Of a stretch of 32,000 bases of DNA, positions 22,368-32,000 are shown one piece after another (the first letter of the stretch is position 1; every line of letters starts with the position of its first letter). The position numbers and the translations under genes were made by a program. A model generated the notes under the pieces. The model was given only the letters and a program-made list of their open reading frames with translations, was not told where the DNA came from and ran no database searches. The stretch comes from Vibrio vulnificus CMCP6 (GTDB taxonomy: Bacteria > Pseudomonadota > Gammaproteobacteria > Enterobacterales > Vibrionaceae): positions 990,001-1,022,000 of the forward strand of contig NC_004459.3 in NCBI RefSeq assembly GCF_000039765.1, in the 5' to 3' direction.

Positions 22368-22731
22368 TGTGAATAACCTTTCTACAAATCCCATCATCAA
22401 TTCGACGAAAAATCACACGATCCATCTGTGGATAAAATAGAGAAGATCCAGTGTTTTTCCTATAGTTATCCAAATAATAACTTTTACACTTCGCGTCCCC
22501 TGTGCATAACCACCCATTTTGATCCCAGGTAATCCTTATGTAGATCAAATCATGATCACACGATATGATCCAAATAAGATCCATGATCTTGTTGATCATT
22601 TTTAACTTATCCACAGATCACCTCGATCCTAATAATAGATCCAATAAAAGATCATATATAAAGATCTTTATATATATTTAGTGGGATGATCTCGTGATTC
22701 GCGAGACGAAAACAATTTTCACTCATCCACA
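22368..22731. other. oriC: chromosomal replication origin oriC (chromosome 1 type)
   Basis: Between mioC and mnmG. DnaA boxes: 22427-22435 (R4, rc TTATCCACA), 22466-22474 (R3, TTATCCAAA), 22501-22509 (R2, rc TTATGCACA), 22607-22615 (R1, TTATCCACA); extra boxes 22368-22376 (rc TTATTCACA) and 22723-22731 (TCATCCACA). 15 GATC sites in 22419-22691. Confidence 0.97.
22629..22675. other. DNA unwinding element of oriC: three 13-mers and AT-rich palindrome
   Basis: On the - strand GATCTTTATATAT (22654-22666), GATCTTTTATTGG (22641-22653), GATCTATTATTAG (22629-22641); perfect palindrome ATATATAAAGATCTTTATATAT at 22654-22675. Confidence 0.9.
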
Positions 22732-22796
22732 AAAGAAGGTAGAATATCGCTCTTTTTCTCTCACTGTTGAATCCTTTGAATACCTGAGGTCAGTTC

Positions 22797-24695
22797 ATGC
22801 TTTATCACGAAACATTTGACGTCATTGTTGTCGGTGGCGGACACGCAGGAACGGAAGCCGCACTCGCATCAGCACGCACCGGTCAGAAGACCTTATTACT
22901 CACGCACAATATCGATACCTTGGGCCAAATGTCTTGTAACCCAGCCATTGGTGGTATTGGTAAAGGGCATTTGGTCAAAGAAGTGGATGCGATGGGTGGT
23001 TTGATGGCGCAAGCGATCGATCACGCGGGTATTCAGTTTAGAACACTAAACGCCTCGAAAGGGCCAGCAGTGAGAGCAACACGTGCACAAGCCGACCGAG
23101 CGCTTTACAAAGCTTACGTGCGTGATTTTCTCGAAAATGCGCCGAATCTGACCCTTTTCCAACAAGCAGTGGATGACTTAATTGTCGAACAGGATCAAGT
23201 TCGTGGTGTGATCACGCAAATGGGATTAAAGTTCCATGCCAAAGCGGTCGTTCTGACGGTAGGTACTTTCCTTGGTGGAAAGATCCACATCGGTTTGCAA
23301 AGCTCTTCTGGTGGACGCGCAGGGGATCCTCCTTCGATCGCGTTGGCCGATCGTCTGCGTGAACTGCCATTTAGAGTCGATCGACTCAAAACGGGTACAC
23401 CACCACGCATCGATGCACGTAGTGTCGATTTTTCTGTGTTAGAAGCACAACACGGTGACAATCCAACGCCTGTATTCTCCTTTATGGGCGATCGCACTCA
23501 TCACCCACGTCAAATTCCTTGTTTCATTACCCATACCAATGAACAGACGCATGAGGTGATTCGTAACAACCTTGATCGTAGCCCAATGTACGCTGGTATC
23601 ATCGAAGGTATTGGCCCTCGTTACTGTCCTTCTATCGAAGACAAAGTGATGCGCTTTGCCGATAAGAACAGCCACCAAATCTTCATCGAACCAGAAGGTT
23701 TAACGACTCACGAATTGTATCCAAACGGCATCTCCACCAGCTTGCCATTTGATGTGCAGGTGCAGATTGTTCGTTCGATGAAAGGTTTTGAAAACGCGCA
23801 CATTGTTCGCCCTGGTTACGCAATTGAATACGATTTCTTCGATCCACGTGACTTGAAACAGACTTACGAAACCAAGTTTATCCAAGGTTTGTTCTTTGCT
23901 GGCCAAATTAACGGCACGACTGGTTACGAAGAAGCAGCCGCACAAGGTTTGATGGCGGGTCTCAATGCCAGCTTGTTCAGCCAAGAGAAAGAAGGTTGGA
24001 GCCCACGTCGCGATCAAGCCTACATGGGCGTATTGATCGACGATCTCTCAACCATGGGTACCAAAGAACCATACCGCATGTTCACATCGCGTGCGGAACA
24101 CCGCTTGTTACTGCGTGAAGACAACGCGGATCTACGTTTGACAGAAAAAGCACGCGAACTCGGCTTGGTCGATGATGCTCGTTGGGCTCGTTTTAACCAG
24201 AAGATCGACAATATGGAGCAAGAGCGTCAACGTCTGAAATCGACGTGGATGAATCCGGCTTCTACTGGTATTGAAGAGCTTAACCAATTATTAAAATCAC
24301 CAATGAACCGTGAAGCCAGCGGTGAAGATCTTCTTCGTCGCCCAGAGATGACTTATGAGCAGCTCACTTCGTTGGCCGCTTTTGCACCTGCACTCGACGA
24401 TCTTGAAGCCGCAGAACAAGTGGAAATTCAAGTGAAATACGAAGGCTACATCAAGCGTCAGCAAGATGAGATTGAAAAATCCCTGCGTCATGAACACACC
24501 AAATTGCCAGCGGATCTTGATTACAGCGATGTGAAAGGCTTATCCAACGAGGTGGTACTTAAACTCAACACCGCCAAGCCCGAGACATTGGGGATTGCAT
24601 CACGCATTTCTGGTATTACGCCTGCGGCCATTTCGATTTTGCTGGTTCACTTAAAGAAAATCGGCATGTTGAAAGTGGGAGAAGAAAACGCATGA
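22797..24695 (+). CDS. mnmG: tRNA uridine-5-carboxymethylaminomethyl modification enzyme MnmG (GidA)
   Basis: 632 aa: [68 protein letters not shown]. Confidence 0.99.
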
Positions 24696-25327
24696 GTGCT
24701 CTTCGCCAAAAACTGGATGCTTTAATCGAGCAAACCGATTTGCAGGTCAATGAACGTCAACGTGAACAACTGTTAGGTTATGTGGAACTGCTCAATAAGT
24801 GGAACAAAGCCTATAACCTGACCTCTGTGCGTGATCCGCAAGACATGCTGGTGAAACATATTCTCGATAGCATCGTAGTAGCGCCTCACCTTGACGGTGA
24901 GCGTTTTATCGATGTGGGTACTGGACCTGGATTGCCTGGTATTCCGTTGGCGATCATGCATCCAGAGAAAACGTTCTTTTTGTTGGACAGCTTAGGTAAG
25001 CGCATTCGCTTTATCAAACAAGTTCTCCATGAACTAAAGATTGAAAATGTGACCACGGTGCAAAGTCGTGTCGAAGAGTTCCAGCCAGAAGAAAAATTTG
25101 ATGGTGTTCTAAGTCGCGCATTTGCTTCAATGACAGATATGGTGGAGTGGTGTCATCATCTACCGAAAACGGGTCAAGGTGTCTTCCTTGCTCTAAAGGG
25201 GCTGCACCCTAAAGATGAAATTGATCAGCTTCCTGAGTGGTGCAGTGTGACGGAGATCATATCTTTGACTGTTCCTGAGTTGGAAGGGGATCGCCATCTA
25301 GTAATCTTATCGCGCAAGGATAATTAG
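24692..25327 (+). CDS. rsmG: 16S rRNA (guanine-N7) methyltransferase RsmG (GidB)
   Basis: 211 aa; [17 protein letters not shown] motif; ATGA overlap with mnmG. Confidence 0.98.
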
Positions 25328-25337
25328 CGAGGTCATC

Positions 25338-26111
25338 GTGGGTAAAATAGTAGCAATTGCCAACCAGAAAGGTGGTGTGGGTAAGACAACAACGTGTGTC
25401 AATCTAGCAGCGTCAATGGCCGCAACCAAACGCAAAGTATTGGTGATAGATTTGGACCCACAAGGTAACGCTACGATGGCGAGTGGTGTGGACAAATACA
25501 TGGTGGATGCCACCGCATACGACTTGCTGGTTGAAGAAACCCCATTTGACCAAGTGGTGTGCAAAACGACCACTGGAAAATATGATCTGATTGCGGCGAA
25601 TGGCGACGTCACCGCCGCAGAAATCAAATTGATGGAAGTGTTCGCGCGAGAAGTCCGTCTAAAGAACGCTTTGGCGTCAGTTCGCGATAACTATGATTTC
25701 ATCTTTATTGATTGTCCTCCTTCTTTAAACCTTCTTACAATCAATGCCATGGCTGCGGCGGATTCCGTGCTGGTGCCAATGCAATGTGAATATTTTGCAT
25801 TAGAAGGTTTAACGGCTCTTATGGATACCATTAGTAAGTTGGCGGCAGTGGTGAACGACAAACTCAAAATCGAGGGATTGTTGCGTACCATGTACGATCC
25901 TCGCAACCGCCTGTCTAATGAAGTCTCCGATCAACTCAAAAAGCATTTCGGCAGTAAAGTCTACCGTACAGTGATCCCACGAAACGTGCGCTTAGCAGAA
26001 GCGCCAAGTCATGGGAAACCGGCAATGTACTACGACAAGCACTCTGCAGGCTCAAAAGCGTATTTAGCGCTGGCGGGGGAAATGCTGCGTCGAGAAGAAA
26101 TCCCAGTTTAA
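25338..26111 (+). CDS. parA: chromosome partitioning ATPase ParA (Soj), GTG start
   Basis: 257 aa: MGKIVAIANQKGGVGKTTTCVNLAASMA, deviant Walker A. Confidence 0.98.
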   Translation: MGKIVAIANQKGGVGKTTTCVNLAASMAATKRKVLVIDLDPQGNATMASGVDKYMVDATAYDLLVEETPFDQVVCKTTTGKYDLIAANGDVTAAEIKLMEVFAREVRLKNALASVRDNYDFIFIDCPPSLNLLTINAMAAADSVLVPMQCEYFALEGLTALMDTISKLAAVVNDKLKIEGLLRTMYDPRNRLSNEVSDQLKKHFGSKVYRTVIPRNVRLAEAPSHGKPAMYYDKHSAGSKAYLALAGEMLRREEIPV

Positions 26112-26135
26112 CCTTCACCAAAGGAATTCATACCA

Positions 26136-27017
26136 ATGTCTAAGCGTGGTCTAGGAAAGGGGCTGGATGCACTGTTGTCTACCAGTTCATTAGCTCGTGA
26201 GAAACAACATATCGCCACTCAGAGTCAGGCACTTTCCGCGGAAGGAGAGTTGACCGATATTGCGGTAGGTCAGTTGCAACCTGGGGTATACCAACCACGA
26301 AAAGACATGTCACCACAGGCGCTGGAAGAATTGACGGCCTCGATTCAGTCGCAAGGCATCATTCAGCCGATCGTGGTTCGACCGGTGCAAGATGGCCATT
26401 TTGAGATCATTGCCGGTGAGCGACGTTGGCGAGCCGCCAAATTAGCAGGGTTAAAACGCGTTCCTTGCTTGATCAAGCATGTCGAAGATCGTGCTGCTAT
26501 CGCCATGGCGTTGATCGAAAATATTCAGCGCGAAGATCTTAATGTGATCGAAGAAGCGCAAGCGCTTGAGCGATTGCAAGACGAGTTTTCTCTGACTCAT
26601 CAGCAAGTGGCGGATGTGATTGGTAAGTCACGTACTGCGGTGAGCAACCTGCTTCGACTGAATGGCTTGGAGCTAGAAGTGAAACAGTTTGTTGCACAGA
26701 AACTGCTCGATATGGGTCATGCTCGTGCCTTGTTAGCGTTGGAAGGCGAGCAACAAGTGGAAGTGGCTCAGCAGGTCGCCAGCAAAGCGCTCACGGTTCG
26801 TCAAACTGAGCAGTTGGTAAAAAAATGTCTCACACCTAAGGTTGAAGAAAAAAATCAGCCAAAAGATGAAGAAACACAACAAATATCACAAAAACTAAGT
26901 GAAACGTTGGGAGCAAAGGTTTCTTTAGTGAGAAATGGCAATGGAAAAGCCAAATTGACGATAAGTATTGATGAGCCTCACAAATTAGAGCAACTAATTG
27001 CCAAGCTAGAGAGCTAA
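26136..27017 (+). CDS. parB: chromosome partitioning protein ParB (Spo0J)
   Basis: 293 aa: MSKRGLGKGLDALLS...GERRWRAAKLAGL...IENIQREDLNVIEEAQALERL. Confidence 0.98.
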   Translation: MSKRGLGKGLDALLSTSSLAREKQHIATQSQALSAEGELTDIAVGQLQPGVYQPRKDMSPQALEELTASIQSQGIIQPIVVRPVQDGHFEIIAGERRWRAAKLAGLKRVPCLIKHVEDRAAIAMALIENIQREDLNVIEEAQALERLQDEFSLTHQQVADVIGKSRTAVSNLLRLNGLELEVKQFVAQKLLDMGHARALLALEGEQQVEVAQQVASKALTVRQTEQLVKKCLTPKVEEKNQPKDEETQQISQKLSETLGAKVSLVRNGNGKAKLTISIDEPHKLEQLIAKLES

Positions 27018-27114
27018 ATGAGATAATTGATTTAGGTCAATTATGTAAAAAAGCAATTTTTGTACGAAAGTTGTCGGTTTGTAAACAAAACTGTAAGTTT
27101 TTGCTGCGTTTTAA

Positions 27115-27142
27115 TTGCAATCAGTTGGACTCACCGTATAAT
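27115..27142 (+). promoter_or_regulatory. candidate promoter of the atp operon
   Basis: TTGCAA - 16 nt - TATAAT; perfect -10, weak -35. Confidence 0.45.
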
Positions 27143-27206
27143 TTTCCGCAACTTCCCAGACCCTCAAAAACGGAGGAGCCGTGGGATTTACTAGAGGTAC
27201 GAATAC

Positions 27207-27596
27207 ATGGTAGCTGCGTTGGCTAGGCCAGGACGAGAGCTTGCAAAGCAATTGTTAATGATCGAGTCCGGCGCGGTTATTTTTGTGGCAGCAGGAGTGG
27301 CTTTGGTTGTGAATGCTGAGTGGGGATTTTCCTCGCTGATAGGCGGCGGCATTTTTGTTGTCGCCAATGCAGTATTTTCTGTGTGTGCATTCTTGTTTGT
27401 AGGAGCGAGAGCGTCAAAGTACGTTGCTATCTCTTTCTACACGGGTGAAGCGCTGAAAATTCTCATTACAGTAGTGCTGTTTTCTGTCGCCTACATGTAT
27501 ATGCAGGTGGAACTTGTTCCCCTGAAACTAACCTATTTGCTGGTTCTTGGTATTAATATCTTTGCGCCAGCGCTATTCATTAACAACAAAAAATAG
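27207..27596 (+). CDS. atpI: F0F1 ATP synthase subunit I
   Basis: 129 aa hydrophobic ORF immediately upstream of atpB; AtpI-like GGGIFVVANAVFS and LVLGINIFAPALFINNK. Confidence 0.93.
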   Translation: MVAALARPGRELAKQLLMIESGAVIFVAAGVALVVNAEWGFSSLIGGGIFVVANAVFSVCAFLFVGARASKYVAISFYTGEALKILITVVLFSVAYMYMQVELVPLKLTYLLVLGINIFAPALFINNKK

Positions 27597-27601
27597 GATG
27601 A

Positions 27602-28417
<816 letters not shown>

Positions 28418-28457
28418 TTTTGTTTATTCTTATTAGACTTTTAGTTAATCGCTATAA

Positions 28458-28727
<270 letters not shown>

Positions 28728-28798
28728 TCATCGGTATTGAGCGGCATGCGTCAGCGTGTCCTTGATGAACACTAATTCCGAATAGAGGGGTAGCTGTT

Positions 28799-29269
28799 GT
28801 GAATATGAACGCAACTCTGCTAGGTCAAGCAATCTCGTTTGCTATGTTTGTGTGGTTCTGTATGAAGTACGTATGGCCACCAATCATGCAAGCGATTGAA
28901 GAGCGTCAGAAGAAAATTGCTGACGGTCTACAAGCAGCAGAACGTGCTGCAAAAGACTTAGATCTAGCACAAGCTAATGCTTCTTCTCAATTGAAAGAAG
29001 CAAAGCGCACAGCAACTGAGATCATCGAACAAGCGAACAAACGTAAAGCTCAAATCTTGGATGAAGCTCGCGAGGATGCACAGACTGAACGTCAAAAAAT
29101 CCTAGCGCAAGCGGAAGCTCAACTTGAAGCTGAACGTAATCGTGCACGCGATGAACTGCGCAAACAAGTTGCAACTCTGGCTGTAGCTGGTGCAGAGAAA
29201 ATCCTTGAGCGTTCAATCGATAAAGATGCGCACAAAGATATTCTCGATAACATTACTGCAAAACTTTAA
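28799..29269 (+). CDS. atpF: F0F1 ATP synthase subunit b, GTG start
   Basis: [44 protein letters not shown]. Confidence 0.98.
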
Positions 29270-29283
29270 GTTTGGGGGCGAAC

Positions 29284-29817
29284 ATGGCTGATTTTACAAC
29301 AATCGCGCGCCCCTATGCTAAAGCAGCCTTTGACTTTGCGGTAGAGAAAGGCCAACTAGACCAATGGGGTCAAATGTTGTCTTTCGCTGCTGAAGTAGCC
29401 CAAAACGAACAAATTAGTGAGCTGTTATCTGGCTCAATGTCAGCCGACAAACTGGCTGAACTGTTTATTGCGATTTGTGGCGAACAAGTGGATGAATTTG
29501 GTCAAAACCTTCTTAAGGTGATGGCGGAGAATGGTCGTCTTGCGGCCCTTCCTGATGTATGTACCCTGTTCTTCGTTTTGAAGAAAGAGCATGAGAAAGA
29601 GATTGATGTAGAAGTGATTTCTGCAACCGAACTTTCTGATGAACAATGTGCAAACATCAGTCAGAAACTTGAACAGCGTCTAGAGCGCAAAGTTAAGCTG
29701 AATTGCAGTGTAGATGAGGCCCTACTAGGTGGGGTGATAATTCGAGCCGGAGACTTAGTCATCGATAACTCAGCTCGCGGTCGTCTGAATCGCCTGAGCG
29801 ATGCATTGCAGTCTTAA
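29284..29817 (+). CDS. atpH: F0F1 ATP synthase subunit delta
   Basis: [28 protein letters not shown]...[31 protein letters not shown]. Confidence 0.98.
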   Translation: MADFTTIARPYAKAAFDFAVEKGQLDQWGQMLSFAAEVAQNEQISELLSGSMSADKLAELFIAICGEQVDEFGQNLLKVMAENGRLAALPDVCTLFFVLKKEHEKEIDVEVISATELSDEQCANISQKLEQRLERKVKLNCSVDEALLGGVIIRAGDLVIDNSARGRLNRLSDALQS

Positions 29818-29830
29818 TGGGGATTGGAGC

Positions 29831-31372
29831 ATGCAACTTAATTCCACGGAAATTAGCGATCTAATTAAACAGCGTATTGAATCTTTCAACGTTGTTAGTG
29901 AAGCTCGCAATGAAGGTACTATCGTATCGGTAAGCGACGGTATCATTCGCATTCACGGCCTAGCGGACGTGATGCAAGGTGAAATGATTGAATTACCGGG
30001 TGGCCGTTATGCACTAGCACTTAACCTTGAGCGTGACTCGGTTGGTGCGGTAGTAATGGGTCCATATGCTGACCTTAAGGAAGGCATGAAAGTAACAGGT
30101 ACTGGTCGTATTCTTGAAGTGCCAGTTGGTCCTGAGCTATTGGGTCGTGTAGTGAACACACTAGGTGAGCCAATTGACGGTAAAGGTCCAATTGAAGCGA
30201 AATTAACGTCACCTGTTGAAGTGATTGCACCAGGTGTAATCGACCGTCAGTCGGTTGATCAACCTGTACAAACTGGTTATAAGTCAGTTGACTCAATGAT
30301 CCCTATCGGTCGTGGTCAGCGTGAACTTATCATCGGTGACCGTCAGACTGGTAAAACAGCGATGGCGATCGATGCGATCATCAACCAGAAAAACTCTGGT
30401 ATTTTCTCTATCTACGTAGCGATTGGTCAGAAAGCTTCTACTATCGCCAACGTAGTGCGTAAACTGGAAGAGCACGGTGCTCTGAAGAACACAATTGTGG
30501 TTGTGGCTTCAGCATCTGAATCTGCTGCACTGCAATACCTAGCGCCATACGCAGGTTGTGCAATGGGTGAATACTTCCGTGATCGCGGCGAAGACGCACT
30601 GATTGTTTATGATGATCTATCAAAGCAAGCGGTCGCTTACCGTCAGATTTCTCTATTGCTAAAACGCCCACCAGGCCGTGAAGCATTCCCAGGTGACGTA
30701 TTCTACCTTCACTCTCGTCTACTAGAGCGTGCAGCTCGTGTAAACGCAGAGTATGTAGAGCGTTTCACTAACGGTGAAGTAAAAGGTAAGACAGGTTCTT
30801 TAACCGCTCTTCCTATCATCGAAACTCAGGCTGGTGACGTTTCTGCATTCGTACCAACCAACGTAATCTCGATCACCGATGGTCAGATCTTCCTACAAAC
30901 TGAGCTATTCAACGCGGGTGTACGTCCAGCGGTTGATCCAGGTATCTCAGTATCTCGTGTAGGTGGTTCTGCACAAACGAAAATCATCAAGAAGCTGTCT
31001 GGTGGTATCCGTACAGCACTAGCGGCTTACCGTGAACTTGCAGCGTTTGCTCAGTTCTCTTCGGATCTTGATGAAGCGACTAAGAGACAGTTGAACCACG
31101 GTCAAAAAGTAACTGAACTGATGAAGCAGAAGCAATACGCTCCGATGTCAGTGTTTGACCAGGCTCTAACTATCTTTGCGGCAGAGCGTGGCTACCTAAG
31201 CGATATCGAACTTTCTAAAGTTCTTGATTTCGAAGCAGCTCTACTATCGTACGCTCGCGGTCAATACGCTGAATTAGCAGCTGAGATCGACAAGACGGGT
31301 GCTTACAACGATGAAATCGAAGCTCAGTTGAAGAAACTGACTGACGACTTCAAAGCAACCCAAACTTGGTAA
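29831..31372 (+). CDS. atpA: F0F1 ATP synthase subunit alpha
   Basis: [44 protein letters not shown]...GDRQTGKTA. Confidence 0.99.
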   Translation: MQLNSTEISDLIKQRIESFNVVSEARNEGTIVSVSDGIIRIHGLADVMQGEMIELPGGRYALALNLERDSVGAVVMGPYADLKEGMKVTGTGRILEVPVGPELLGRVVNTLGEPIDGKGPIEAKLTSPVEVIAPGVIDRQSVDQPVQTGYKSVDSMIPIGRGQRELIIGDRQTGKTAMAIDAIINQKNSGIFSIYVAIGQKASTIANVVRKLEEHGALKNTIVVVASASESAALQYLAPYAGCAMGEYFRDRGEDALIVYDDLSKQAVAYRQISLLLKRPPGREAFPGDVFYLHSRLLERAARVNAEYVERFTNGEVKGKTGSLTALPIIETQAGDVSAFVPTNVISITDGQIFLQTELFNAGVRPAVDPGISVSRVGGSAQTKIIKKLSGGIRTALAAYRELAAFAQFSSDLDEATKRQLNHGQKVTELMKQKQYAPMSVFDQALTIFAAERGYLSDIELSKVLDFEAALLSYARGQYAELAAEIDKTGAYNDEIEAQLKKLTDDFKATQTW

Positions 31373-31415
31373 TAGGTCGGTGGCAGTGGCTGCCACCAAC
31401 TAATGGAGAGTAACG

Positions 31416-32000
31416 ATGGCCGGCGCAAAAGAGATACGTAGTAAAATCGGGAGTGTTAAAAGCACTCAGAAGATTACGAAAGCGATGGAAATGGTAGCAG
31501 CTTCAAAAATGCGTCGTTCGCAAGACGCAATGGAAGCTTCTCGTCCATACGCGGAAACAATGCGTAAAGTGATCGGTCATGTGGCAAATGCAAGTCTAGA
31601 GTATCGTCATCCGTACCTAGATGAGCGTGAAGCCAAGCGTGTTGGTTACATCATCATTTCAACGGACCGTGGTCTGTGTGGCGGCTTGAACATCAACGTG
31701 TTCAAAAAAGCGGTTACAGATATGCAGGCATGGAAAGAGAAAGGTGCTGAGGTTGAGCTTGCGGTAATTGGCTCAAAAGCGACAGCTTTCTTTAAACATG
31801 GCGGCGCGAAAGTGGCAGCTCAGGTTTCAGGTTTGGGTGATAGCCCAAGTTTGGAGGACCTGATCGGTTCGGTTAGCGTGATGCTAGAAAAATATGATGA
31901 AGGTGAATTGGACCGTTTGTACCTTGTATTTAACAAGTTCGTAAACACCATGGTTCAACAACCAACGATCGATCAATTGCTACCTTTGCCTAAATCGGAC
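31416..32000 (+). CDS. atpG: F0F1 ATP synthase subunit gamma (truncated by the window end; absent from the ORF track)
   Basis: ATG at 31416: [47 protein letters not shown]...; runs to the window end without stop. Confidence 0.96.
   Translation, partial: MAGAKEIRSKIGSVKSTQKITKAMEMVAASKMRRSQDAMEASRPYAETMRKVIGHVANASLEYRHPYLDEREAKRVGYIIISTDRGLCGGLNINVFKKAVTDMQAWKEKGAEVELAVIGSKATAFFKHGGAKVAAQVSGLGDSPSLEDLIGSVSVMLEKYDEGELDRLYLVFNKFVNTMVQQPTIDQLLPLPKSD

Noticed and set aside
22264-22614. 116-aa - strand ORF crossing the mioC end and oriC
   Set aside because: It spans DnaA boxes R1-R4 and the GATC array; composition is dictated by oriC elements and it is not credible as a protein.

Overview
The window is the replication-origin region of a Vibrionaceae chromosome 1. 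The genus is inferred from gene order and protein similarity, not from a search. Gene order on the + coordinate is: mneA-like TMEM165/GDT1 exporter (-), glyQ-glyS, small lipoprotein (-), avtA, GGDEF/EAL protein, ibpA-like small heat-shock protein (-), gyrB-recF-dnaN-dnaA (all -), amino-acid ABC transporter (3 genes), rpmH-rnpA-yidD-yidC-mnmE, mioC, oriC, mnmG-rsmG-parA-parB, atpI-B-E-F-H-A-G (atpG truncated). Almost everything is conserved core genome. I saw no mobile element, CRISPR array, phage gene, toxin-antitoxin or defence system, tRNA or rRNA. I do not claim a new biological system. The signals most worth a second look are non-coding: (1) a yybP-ykoY (Mn2+) riboswitch candidate upstream of the mneA-like gene, with an apparent alternative-pairing expression platform; (2) a ROSE-like RNA thermometer upstream of the small heat-shock gene; (3) a fully mappable oriC with R1-R4 DnaA boxes, three contiguous 13-mers, a 22-bp perfect palindrome in the unwinding region, 15 GATC sites and two extra DnaA boxes; (4) a second GATC/DnaA-box cluster upstream of dnaA; (5) a GGGTCTA tandem repeat beside the gyrB terminator; (6) a parS-like 16-mer inside recF.
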